A stretch of 64,000 nucleotides of DNA. Origin: an uncultured Candidatus Rokubacteria bacterium. Lineage in GTDB: Bacteria; Methylomirabilota; Methylomirabilia; Rokubacteriales; DASRDR01. Where the stretch lies: NCBI GenBank assembly GCA_963805625.1, contig CAWDVE010000010.1:1120001-1184000 (forward strand). Reading direction: 5' to 3'. The notes below the pieces were generated by a model that had not been told where the DNA came from, did not search any database, and saw only the letters and a program-made list of their open reading frames with translations. Shown one piece after another: positions 45,717 through 54,356 of the stretch (positions are counted from its first letter, which is position 1; each line of letters starts with the position of its first letter). The position numbers and the translations under genes are program-made.

Positions 45717-46739
45717 TCACGGACGGATCAGGACCTTGAGCGCCTCGCCTCGGCTCATCAGATCGAGGGCCCGCGGCACGTCGCCGAGCCCCATCTCGTG
45801 GGTGACCAGCGGCGTGGGATCGAGCGTGCCGTCAGCGAGCAACGCGACGGCCCGCCGGATCAGCGCGGGGGTGTGGTGGAACACGCCCAGGAGCCGCAGC
45901 TCCTCGTAGTGGACCCGGCGCGTGTCGAGAGGGACGCTCGTGCCGGGAGCGCAGCCGCCGAAGAACACCACGGTGGCACCCTTGCCCGCGACGGCCATCG
46001 CCTGCTGCCACGCCTCGGGCCTCCCGGTCGCCTCGATCACGCAGCGCACGTCGCCGCCGGCCGCCTCGCGCACGGCCGAGACCGCGTCGGGCACCCGCGC
46101 CACGTCCACGCAGGCGGCGAAGCCAAGGCCGCGAGCGCGTTCGAGGCGAACCCCCGTCTTTCCCGCGAGGATCACGCGCGCTCCCCCGGCGCGGGCCAGG
46201 AGGCCGAGGAGGAGGCCGAGCGGCCCGTGGCCCAGGATCACCACGGTCTCCCCCGCCCCCACCTCCGCCGCATCGATGGCCCGCAGACAGCAGGCAACGG
46301 GCTCGGCGAACGCGACGCGCGCCGCCTCGGCGGCCGGCGACACCGTCACCAGGTTCCGGGCCACGAGGCGTGGCGGGAGGGCGATGTACTCGGCGTAGGC
46401 GCCGTTGACGAAGAGGAGGTCGTCGCAGAGGTTCGCCCGGCCGCGGCGGCAGGCCGCACACGACCCGCACGGGGCCGAGTTCGCCGCAACCGCCCGGTCC
46501 CCGAGCCGCACGTGACCCACGCCCGGCCCGACCGCGGTGACCGTGCCGGCAAATTCGTGACCGAAGACCGTCGGCACCCGCGGGATCATGACGGGATGGC
46601 CCCGCCGAAGCGTCTTCACGTCCGTACCGCAGGTCAGCGCCGCCTCGATCCGGAGCACCACCTCGCCCGGGCCTGGCTCCGGCACCGGCGCATCCTCGAA
46701 TCGGAGGTCGCCGGGACCGTAGAAGACCTGCGCCCTCAC
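45717..46739 (-). CDS. Zn-dependent alcohol/polyol dehydrogenase (MDR)
   Basis: TCGTD, GHE, CxxCxxCx7C, GHGPLG. Confidence 0.9.
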   Translation of the reverse strand: MRAQVFYGPGDLRFEDAPVPEPGPGEVVLRIEAALTCGTDVKTLRRGHPVMIPRVPTVFGHEFAGTVTAVGPGVGHVRLGDRAVAANSAPCGSCAACRRGRANLCDDLLFVNGAYAEYIALPPRLVARNLVTVSPAAEAARVAFAEPVACCLRAIDAAEVGAGETVVILGHGPLGLLLGLLARAGGARVILAGKTGVRLERARGLGFAACVDVARVPDAVSAVREAAGGDVRCVIEATGRPEAWQQAMAVAGKGATVVFFGGCAPGTSVPLDTRRVHYEELRLLGVFHHTPALIRRAVALLADGTLDPTPLVTHEMGLGDVPRALDLMSRGEALKVLIRP

Positions 46740-47743
46740 CCGCCCATCTCCACGAAGACCTTGAGCGCCTCATGGCGCTCCATGAGGCCGACCGCGTCGG
46801 CCATGCGCTCGAGGGGGACGCGATGCGAGCAGAGCTCGTCCACCCGGACCGCGCCGTTTCGGATGAGGTCGAAGGCCTCGGCCAGGTCCGCCGGGGACGA
46901 CGAGTAGGTCGCGGTCAGGGTCAGCTCCCGCTTGTAGAACTCGCCGAACGGCACCGGCCCCTCGCCCTCGCCGACGAAGAGGTGAACCGCCCCGCCGTCG
47001 CGCACCCAGCCGAGCGCGGCCCGGACGAGGGCGGGAGCCGCGGCCGCCAGCACGACCACGTCGGCACCCCGGCCCTCGCTCAGATCCGCGATGGCCCTGC
47101 CGGCCCCATCGGGCGCCGCGGCCGCCTCCGCGCCAAGCGACTCCGCCAGCGCCCGGCGGGCAGGAAGCGGATCGACTCCCACGACGCGCGCCTCGCGCCG
47201 GCGGGCGAGCTGGAGGAGGAGGCAGCCCATCGCCCCGAGCCCCGCCACGACGACCGTGTCGCCTGCCTCCACCGCCGCGCGCCGGATCGCCCGGACGCAG
47301 CAGCCGAGAGGCTCGGTGAACGAGGCGACGGCGTCGGACATCTCGGCGGGCACGCGGAAGGTCACGTGGCGCACGTTCTCGGCGGGGACGCGCACGTACT
47401 CGGCGAAGCCACCCGGGTCGAGGTTCGAGGCCTTGAAGGCTCGGCACATCGAAACGCTGCCTCGCCGGCAGTAGTGGCAGGTGGAGCATGGGACGTGGTG
47501 GGCCACGACCACCCGTTCGCCCGGGCGAAACCCTCCGGTGCCCTCGCCCGCCTCGGCCACCTCGCCCACGACCTCGTGCCCGAGGACGGCCGGCCGCGAC
47601 ACTGGCCCGCGAAGCTTGGCCAGGTCCGAGCCGCACAGGCCGCATCCCAGGACCCGCAGCAGGAGCTCGCCGGGGCCAATCCGAGGGACGGGGCGGGTCT
47701 CGACGCGGATCTCGCCGGTACCTGCGTGGACGGCCGCCCTCAT
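46736..47743 (-). CDS. Zn-dependent alcohol/polyol dehydrogenase (MDR)
   Basis: LCGSD, GHE, CxxCxxCx7C, GLGAMG; overlaps both neighbours by 4 nt. Confidence 0.9.
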   Translation of the reverse strand: MRAAVHAGTGEIRVETRPVPRIGPGELLLRVLGCGLCGSDLAKLRGPVSRPAVLGHEVVGEVAEAGEGTGGFRPGERVVVAHHVPCSTCHYCRRGSVSMCRAFKASNLDPGGFAEYVRVPAENVRHVTFRVPAEMSDAVASFTEPLGCCVRAIRRAAVEAGDTVVVAGLGAMGCLLLQLARRREARVVGVDPLPARRALAESLGAEAAAAPDGAGRAIADLSEGRGADVVVLAAAAPALVRAALGWVRDGGAVHLFVGEGEGPVPFGEFYKRELTLTATYSSSPADLAEAFDLIRNGAVRVDELCSHRVPLERMADAVGLMERHEALKVFVEMGG

Positions 47744-48588
47744 GGGGCGAGCTGGCCGTGCAGGTAAGCGCCGAGCGCGAGGGCGATCTTCTTCGGAGTG
47801 GGAACCCGGATGCGACCCTCGAAGACGCGGAACTGGCGCGCCTCGATCTCTCGCAGGAGCGCGCGGTAGATGCCGCCCATGATCTGCGCCGCGATGAGGC
47901 GACGCCGGTCAGCCGGTGGCAGGGCCGCCTTGGCAGCACGGTAGTACGCGTGCGCGCGGTCGGCCTGGAAGCGCATCAGCCCGACGAACGCCGGGGTGTG
48001 CCGCCCGCGGATGAGCTCGTCCTCCGAGTACCCGAACCGGCGGATCTCGTCGAGCGGTAGATAGATGCGGCCACGCTCGGCGTCCGTGCGGAGGTCGCGC
48101 ATGATGTTCGTCAGCTGGAGCGCGACTCCCAGGTTGACCGCGTAGTCCCGGGCCCGGGGGTCCGTGTAGCCGAAGACCTCGATGCAGGCCAGACCGACCG
48201 CCCCCGCCACCCGATAGCAGTACTCGTACAGCTCCTCGAACGAGGCGTAGCGCCGCTTGTCGATGTCCATCTCGACGCCGTCGAGGATCGCCTCGAGATG
48301 CCGGCGCTGGACGGGAAAGGCCCGGACCACCTCGGCGAGATGCTGGGCAATCGGCTGCGTCGGGCGACCGTCATACGCACGACCCAGCTCGAGCCGCCAG
48401 TCCGTCAGGATGCGGCGCTGCGCGCTCGGTGTCGCCGCCCCCTGATCCACGGCGTCGTCTGCCGTTCGGCAGAAGGCGTAGAGCGCGTAGATGGCGTGCC
48501 GCTTCCGTTTGGGCAGGAACAGGAACGAGTAGTAAAAATTCGACCCGCTGCGACGGGTGAGGATGGCGGAGAGGTCAGCCGCGTTCAT
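47740..48588 (-). CDS. hpnD: Presqualene diphosphate synthase
   Basis: SGSNFYYSFLFLP, YAFCRTADD, YCYRVA, ALQLTNIMRD, RGRIYLP. Confidence 0.88.
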   Translation of the reverse strand: MNAADLSAILTRRSGSNFYYSFLFLPKRKRHAIYALYAFCRTADDAVDQGAATPSAQRRILTDWRLELGRAYDGRPTQPIAQHLAEVVRAFPVQRRHLEAILDGVEMDIDKRRYASFEELYEYCYRVAGAVGLACIEVFGYTDPRARDYAVNLGVALQLTNIMRDLRTDAERGRIYLPLDEIRRFGYSEDELIRGRHTPAFVGLMRFQADRAHAYYRAAKAALPPADRRRLIAAQIMGGIYRALLREIEARQFRVFEGRIRVPTPKKIALALGAYLHGQLAP

Positions 48589-48633
48589 GACGTGATGTGA
48601 CACCGGCTGCGCGGGCCGGCTGGATGTCCACGA

Positions 48634-49641
48634 TTATACACGGCGTCGGCGCGGAGCATAGTCGTTCGCCCAGAACCAGTCCACCGCATCGCGGAGCGCC
48701 TGGTCCACGGGCGTCTGGGGCAGCCCGAGCTCCCGGATCGCCCTGGATGGGTCGAAGAACATCCGCTTGGCCGCCATTCGTACGGCAGTCCGCGCGACGA
48801 TCGGCTCGCTCCCCGTCAAGCGCGCCACGAGCTCGGCGCTCGCGCCGAGCGCCAGCGCGGCCCGGTGCGGCAAGCGCACCCGGGGCGCCCGCACCCCGGT
48901 GTAGGCCGCAAGCCGCTCGAAGATGGCGCGGAGCCCCAGGTTCCCCTCCGCATGCCCCAGGATGTACCGCTCGCCGACTCGGCCGCGCGCGGCCGCCAGG
49001 AGGTGCCCTCGCGCAACGTCGCGCACGTGCACGACGTTCAGCCCGGTTTCCAGGTAGGCGAGCATCCGACCCTTCAGGTAGTCCACGAGCATCCGCCCCG
49101 TCGGCGTGGGCTTCCAGTCCCACGGGCCCACGGGCGCCGAGGGGTTAACGATGACGACGGGCAATCCGCGAGCGGCGGCCGCCTCCGCCTCGCGCTCCGC
49201 GAGGAACTTCGACCGCTTGTAGTCCCCCACCATGTCCTCGAGCCGGACCGGCGTGTCCTCCGTGCCGGACCCGCCCTCCGGCGGCAAGCCGAGGGTGCCG
49301 ACACTCGACGTGTAGACCACGCGGGCGACGCCGGCCGCGGCCGCGGCAAGGAACAGCGCCCGCGTGCCGCCGACGTTGACGCGGTAGAGCACTGCGGGGT
49401 CTCGCGCCCAGAGGCGATAGTCGGCCGCGACGTGGTAGAGCACCTCCACGCCCGCGAGCGGCACCTCCAGCGAGCGCGGCTCGGCGAGGTCGCCCGTCAC
49501 GATCTCGACCGGAAGGTCGGCCAGGGCGCGCCGGTCGCTCCCCGGCCGGGCCAGGACGCGCACGGAGACCCCCTCCTCGAGCAAGGCCCGCACGACGTGG
49601 CTCCCGACGAAACCGGTCCCGCCGGTGACGAGCGCTCTCAT
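48634..49641 (-). CDS. hpnA: Hopanoid-associated sugar epimerase/dehydratase
   Basis: TGGTGFVG, HVAADYRLW, YKRSK, KPTPTG, KRMFFD. Confidence 0.9.
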   Translation of the reverse strand: MRALVTGGTGFVGSHVVRALLEEGVSVRVLARPGSDRRALADLPVEIVTGDLAEPRSLEVPLAGVEVLYHVAADYRLWARDPAVLYRVNVGGTRALFLAAAAAGVARVVYTSSVGTLGLPPEGGSGTEDTPVRLEDMVGDYKRSKFLAEREAEAAAARGLPVVIVNPSAPVGPWDWKPTPTGRMLVDYLKGRMLAYLETGLNVVHVRDVARGHLLAAARGRVGERYILGHAEGNLGLRAIFERLAAYTGVRAPRVRLPHRAALALGASAELVARLTGSEPIVARTAVRMAAKRMFFDPSRAIRELGLPQTPVDQALRDAVDWFWANDYAPRRRRV

Positions 49642-49763
49642 CGTGCCACGAGCGCCGGCCGGCCTCTCGGGCCAAGGCCGCGCAGGCATCCGTCAGCCGG
49701 GCACCGCGGTCGAGACGGGATGCGACGCGGATCGACCACGGCCCTAGACAGAATGAAACGGCC

Positions 49764-49865
49764 GCCCGATTGGTCAGCCGCGGCAAGCGGCCTCAGGTCG
49801 CGGTCACCGCCGTCGCGCGCGCACTGTGCGGCTTCGTCTGGGCCGTGACAACCCAGGCGGCATAG
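49764..49865 (+). pseudogene. C-terminal 33 codons of an IS110 recombinase/transposase
   Basis: ARLVSRGKRPQVAVTAVARALCGFVWAVTTQAA* matches the IS110 C-terminal GK..A..AVAREL.GF.WA pattern. Confidence 0.85.
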
Positions 49866-49896
49866 TGGACCGACAGCTTTCGTGCTGACGATCCGC

Positions 49897-50089
49897 GAAG
49901 CGTGGACGAGCGGGGCCACGAAAGGAGAGCCCTCGGCCCTTCTATGCGGCAGGGCGTCTTCGGACCCCGGATCCGCATTCCTAGAGCGAGGCAGCTCCCG
50001 ACGGCTCACTGTCATGCGGCCCTGCCCTCGGGCAATCCGCGAATCTCAGAGTGACTCGTCGTCGCTGCGTATCCGCTCGTCCGCGCTTC
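49897..50089 (+). ncRNA. Predicted bridge/seek RNA with target- and donor-binding loops
   Basis: Outer stem 49897-913 pairs with 50073-89. Loop 1 is closed by CCTCG/CGAGG and ATGCGG/CCGCAT. Loop 2 is closed by CGACG/CGTCG and GCGG/CCGC. Loop segments match the target and the donor junction. Confidence 0.8.
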
Positions 50090-50156
50090 CGGCTCCCACG
50101 AGGTCGACCACCCCCTTCGACCGGACCCCCGGCTACCCTTGACGGACCGTTTCATC

Positions 50157-51344
50157 TCAGAAGGGGTAGTCGAGGCCCACGTAGATCGCCGGCCCCTCCC
50201 GGCTGTACGCGAACTCGATGTGGCCGACGACGCTCGGCGGAGCCAGCCCGCGAAACCCGACACCGGGAGTGATCTCGAAGGGGGTGTCGGCAAACTGCTC
50301 GAGCGAGTTGAACACCTTGCCGACGTCGATGAAGGGCGCGACCTGCAATTCTGCGTTGACGCCGAAGATGCGGGCGCGGAACACGCTGGTGCGCACCTCG
50401 ACATTGAAGAGCAACCTGGCGTCCCCGTAGAAGCGATTCTCGCCGAAGCCGCGCAGCGTGTCGACCCCGCCCAGCGTGGGCAGCACCTGGAAGGGGGTGT
50501 TCGACTCACCCGAGATGCCCTCGAAGAGTCCCCGCAGGACCAGCACAACCCGCCGGTCGAGGAAGGGCTTCAGGTACCTGCCTTCGCCACCGGCCTTGAT
50601 GTAGTCGGCGTCGCTCCCGAGGAGCTCGGTGGAGGCCTCGGCAAACACGCTGACGTAGAGTCCCTGCGTCGGCGTGGTCAGCGAGTCGCGGTTGTCGTGT
50701 ATGAAGGCAACCCGCTGGGCGTGGATCGTGGCGCCCTGGATCCCCGGGAGGTCCGGGAAGAGGTCACCGGTGTAGGGCAGGCCCGGCACACCCCCTGGGG
50801 CAACCTCGAACCGCTGAAGGGTCTCGCCGAGGGACAGTCGCATGGTCGGAGTCACGTTGACGCCGAAGATGGCGTACCCCCCCGTCGTCTCCAGCGTCAT
50901 GTTGGATTCGTCGATCTTCTCCGATGAGGGGCCGATACCGAAGAAGCGGATCGAGGACACGCGCTCGTGCAGAAACTGGAAGTCGGTGTGGAATCGGCCG
51001 CCGAACACGTCGAGGTTCTTGTACTGGATTTTGAGCTCGCGGTCGATGTTCTCCGAGTAGGAGGCGATGAACTCCAGGCGCTCGAGGGCGCTCGCGTAGA
51101 GGAAGTACCGGAAAGTCCCCGTCACCCCGCGGATCTCGTTCCAGGTTATGGATGGGGCCACGATGGTCCGGATACGCCCCTCCTCGTCCTTGAACATCCA
51201 GACCGGAAGGATGCCGTAGGTCTCCCCCTCGTTCGGATCGGTGTCGAACGCGGGCAAGGGAAAGAAGGAATACGAGGTGTCCGCCGCCGCCGGACGCGGC
51301 AGCGCGAGCAGGCAGCCGACCAGGAGCGCGGTGAGAGACCTCAG
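50157..51344 (-). CDS. Omp85/BamA-TamA family beta-barrel without POTRA domains; proposed CTG start
   Basis: LGGVDTLRGFGENRFYG (VRGY-like loop), C-terminal YVGLDYPF beta-signal, signal peptide (M)RSLTALLVGCLLALPRPAAA. Confidence 0.85.
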   Translation of the reverse strand: MRSLTALLVGCLLALPRPAAADTSYSFFPLPAFDTDPNEGETYGILPVWMFKDEEGRIRTIVAPSITWNEIRGVTGTFRYFLYASALERLEFIASYSENIDRELKIQYKNLDVFGGRFHTDFQFLHERVSSIRFFGIGPSSEKIDESNMTLETTGGYAIFGVNVTPTMRLSLGETLQRFEVAPGGVPGLPYTGDLFPDLPGIQGATIHAQRVAFIHDNRDSLTTPTQGLYVSVFAEASTELLGSDADYIKAGGEGRYLKPFLDRRVVLVLRGLFEGISGESNTPFQVLPTLGGVDTLRGFGENRFYGDARLLFNVEVRTSVFRARIFGVNAELQVAPFIDVGKVFNSLEQFADTPFEITPGVGFRGLAPPSVVGHIEFAYSREGPAIYVGLDYPF

Positions 51345-52068
51345 GGCTCGCCCGGTGTGTCCACGAACGCCCGAATGAACCGGGCGAGGCTCTCGAGCGC
51401 CTGGTGCGATCGACCGCCGAGGCGCCAGACCGCGCCGACCAGAGCCGGACGCCCGAGGAGGCGCGCCACGGCGCGGATGCGCGTGCGGCCATCTGCCCCC
51501 ACCACTCCGAGCAGCTCTCGCGGTACGTCGTCCTCGGGGCCGTCCGCAATGGCCCGGACGGCCAGTGCGGGAAGCCCGGCGCGCCGGGCCCAGGCGAGGA
51601 CGTGGGCGCTTTCCATGTCGACAGCCAGCACGCGCTGCGTCGCCCACCACTCTGCCTTCGCCGCCGGGCTCGTCACGACGTCGTCCACCGTGAGGAGCCG
51701 TCCGACCTGGTAGCGGAGCCGGGCGGCATCGAGGGCGCGTGCGGCCCGGCGTCGGAGACCAGGATCCCCGCCGTCACTGCAGGACTCCGCACCTGGGGCC
51801 GCCACGGGGTCCCCGATGATAACGTCACCCGGCCGGAGACCCGGCCCGCAGCCACCCGCGAGCCCGGTCACGAGTAGCGCGACGGGCTCCCGCGAGGCCG
51901 GGGGGATGTCGAGACGGTCGAGAAGGGTCGCGCGAGGACCCACGATCCGGACGGTCAGTGCCCGCCGGGTGGCCGGCGGCAGCCGCCGGAGCAATCCGCG
52001 GGCCTCCATGACAAGGCCGGCGACGACGAGGACGCGACCCTCGCGCGTGAGCTCGACCCCTGCGTCAC
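51341..52068 (-). CDS. hpnG: Hopanoid-associated nucleoside phosphorylase (start region probably carries a 1-nt indel)
   Basis: VVAGLVMEA, TGLAGG..PGLRPGDV, AVDMESA, RAIAD; lies downstream of hpnH. GTG at 52068 comes into frame only with one extra base in the adjacent G4 run. Confidence 0.8.
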
Positions 52069-52412
52069 GGTGGCGGTGGGCCCGCCGCCCGTCCGACCTT
52101 CTCCGCCTGCTTCCGGGCAAGCCATGCGGCGTAGGACTTCCCGGCCGCGGTGTCCTTTCCAGTGAAGTGGATCGTGCGCACCTCCGCGTACGGAACGCGG
52201 TAGGGTCCGCCGCCCTCGGCGTCGAACATCTCGAGGTACGGCACGGGAGCGTCCGCATCCCGATTGAACACGTAGCCGTGGAGCTCCGCACCGTCACGCT
52301 TCACGACCGTCGTGTTCCCCCGGTAGTCGAAGGCGAGCTCGACGATGTGGGCGAGAGACATCTCGGCATCCGGCTCGGGCGCCCACCCCTCGAGGGGCTT
52401 CTCGACCTCCAT
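52065..52412 (-). CDS. Conserved hypothetical small beta protein between hpnH and hpnG
   Basis: 115 aa, ...ELAFDYRGNTTVVKRDG...GYVFNR...FTGKDTAAGKSY...; normal codon usage; overlaps both neighbours. Confidence 0.75.
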   Translation of the reverse strand: MEVEKPLEGWAPEPDAEMSLAHIVELAFDYRGNTTVVKRDGAELHGYVFNRDADAPVPYLEMFDAEGGGPYRVPYAEVRTIHFTGKDTAAGKSYAAWLARKQAEKVGRAAGPPPP

Positions 52413-53434
52413 CACGCGCGCCCGGTCACGGTGGCCACCACCGTGTCCCGGAATCCGCGCCAGCTGGAGAAGGTCTCCTGGACGGCCGTCGCTTCGAACC
52501 CGCAGTGGACCATGCAGTCGCGGCACTTCTCGTTGCCGCTCCGCTTCCCGTAGCGCTCCCACCGCGTGCCGTGGAGCAGATTCTCGAAACTCTGCGCGTA
52601 GCCCTCCTGGAGGAGATAGCACGGGCGCTGCCAGCCGAAGACGTTGAAGGTCGGATTCCCCCAGGGCGTGCACTCGTAGTCTCGCTTCCCCATGAGGAAC
52701 TGAAGGAACAGCGGAGACTGGTTGAACCGCCACCGCCGCTTCGGGCTCGACAGGATGCGACGGAAGAGGTCGTTGGCCCGCTGCTTGCGGAGGAAGTGCT
52801 CCTGATCGGGCGCCTTCGAGTAGCTGTAGCCGGGGGACACCATCATCCCCTCCACGCCGAGGTCCATCATCGCGTCGAAGAACTGCCGCACCCGCTCGGG
52901 ATTCGCGCCGTCGAACAGGGTGGTGTTCGTCGTCACGCGATATCCCCGGCGAAGCGCCTCCCGGATTCCCTCGACGGCCTGGTCGAAGACGCCATCCTTG
53001 CAGACGGCCTCGTCGTGCTCCTCCCGGAGCCCATCCATGTGGATGCTGAAGGAGAGGTACTTCGAGGGCGTGAAGACGCCGGCGTCGAGCTTCTCCTTGA
53101 GCAGGATGGCGTTCGTGCACAGATAGATGTACTTCTTCCGCGCGACCAGCTCCGTCACGAGCCGCCCGATCTCCGGGTACATGAGAGGCTCGCCGCCCGG
53201 AATGGACACGATGGGGGCGCCGCACTCGTCGACGGCCTTGAGACACTGGTCGACGGTGAGGTTCTTCCGGAGGATCTGACCCGGGTACTGGATCTTGCCG
53301 CAGCCCGCACAGGCGAGGTTGCAGCGGAACAGCGGCTCGAGCATGAGGACGAGCGGGTACTGCTTGCGCCCACGAAATCGCTGCGTGAGCACGTAGCTCG
53401 CGACGGTCCACATCTGAGAGATGGGTACGCTCAT
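52412..53434 (-). CDS. hpnH: Adenosyl-hopene transferase (radical SAM)
   Basis: YPLVLMLEPLFRCNLACAGCGKIQY, CTPWGNPT, WQRPCYL, CRDCMVHCGFE. Confidence 0.95.
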   Translation of the reverse strand: MSVPISQMWTVASYVLTQRFRGRKQYPLVLMLEPLFRCNLACAGCGKIQYPGQILRKNLTVDQCLKAVDECGAPIVSIPGGEPLMYPEIGRLVTELVARKKYIYLCTNAILLKEKLDAGVFTPSKYLSFSIHMDGLREEHDEAVCKDGVFDQAVEGIREALRRGYRVTTNTTLFDGANPERVRQFFDAMMDLGVEGMMVSPGYSYSKAPDQEHFLRKQRANDLFRRILSSPKRRWRFNQSPLFLQFLMGKRDYECTPWGNPTFNVFGWQRPCYLLQEGYAQSFENLLHGTRWERYGKRSGNEKCRDCMVHCGFEATAVQETFSSWRGFRDTVVATVTGRA

Positions 53435-53453
53435 ACGCTCCGCTCGCCGGGTC

Positions 53454-54293
53454 TCATGCGGGCCCGCCGGCGCGCGCCGGTATCCGGCCCGCCTGGTCCC
53501 GCGATCGTAGAGAGCATACTACAACGGCTGCCAGCGGCACGTGGAGGAGAACCCCGACGCCCAGAAGCGCGGGCTCGGCCACCGCCGCCGTGATCGCGAG
53601 GTTGAAGGCCAGCACGAGATAGTAGAGCGCCACGGCCTGGCGTCCGTGCTCCGGCCAGCGCGTCCCCCAGGCGGGCCGCGCGCCGCCAACGCGAGGGCCG
53701 AGGACGGTCCAGCCCCACGCGATCGCCGCCCCGACGAGCACCCAGCCGACAAAGTTCGCGGCCGGCACCCCGAAGTACCAGCCGGGCTCTGGATAGTAGA
53801 AGATCCGGCCGAGGAACCACCGGTCGCCCCGCACCGCCAGCGGATCGATCACGATGTCGAGCCACATCATGAGGAATCCCGCCAGGCCAGCCAGGCGAAG
53901 GCGCGCGCCGGTCCGGGCCTGGGCCGTCTCTCCCCCTACACCGAGGAGCTGCCCGGCCAGTCCGAGACTCGCGTACGCGAGAAACGTGAAGGACACAGGG
54001 TCGAAGAGGGGGACGTTCGAGACGTAGAGCTCCCGCCCCGCGGTCGCCCCGGTGTAGTGGTAGAGCCCGAAGGGGATCCCGGTGCGCGTCGAGCTCCACT
54101 CGGCGGTGAACGCCAGGCCCCCGGCCCAGGCGGTGAACGCCACCGCGCGTCGCCAGCCCCACGCCGCCGCCGCGGCGGCGAGGTAGACGGCGAGGAACCC
54201 GAACACGTACGGGCGCAGGAGGACGCTGCCCCACGCGCGCCCGAGCACTGCCCCGAGCCCTGCAAAGATGAAGAGCTGGTCGCCGTCGCCCAT
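53454..54293 (-). CDS. CruF-like 'carotenoid biosynthesis' membrane protein (isoprenoid hydratase family)
   Basis: E..STRTGIPFG.Y.Y, D...DP, YFGVP..NFVGW motifs. Confidence 0.8.
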   Translation of the reverse strand: MGDGDQLFIFAGLGAVLGRAWGSVLLRPYVFGFLAVYLAAAAAAWGWRRAVAFTAWAGGLAFTAEWSSTRTGIPFGLYHYTGATAGRELYVSNVPLFDPVSFTFLAYASLGLAGQLLGVGGETAQARTGARLRLAGLAGFLMMWLDIVIDPLAVRGDRWFLGRIFYYPEPGWYFGVPAANFVGWVLVGAAIAWGWTVLGPRVGGARPAWGTRWPEHGRQAVALYYLVLAFNLAITAAVAEPALLGVGVLLHVPLAAVVVCSLRSRDQAGRIPARAGGPA

Positions 54294-54356
54294 CGGTTCC
54301 GAGCCACCCATGCTACACTAAGCCGCAATCGGCGGGACCAGGGACCCCAGCGATCA

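Larger units (their letters stand above)
49746..50161 (+). mobile_element. Non-autonomous IS110-family (IS1111-type) mini-element
   Basis: Sub-terminal IRs ATGAAACGG (49753-61) and CCGTTTCAT (50147-55), 7 and 3 nt from the ends. AGA core on both sides. Transposase C-terminal remnant followed by a structured non-coding region. Confidence 0.88.

Noticed and set aside
52065-53411. 448 aa ORF overlapping hpnH
   Set aside because: Only the last 115 aa look coding; the rest is an off-frame read of hpnH.
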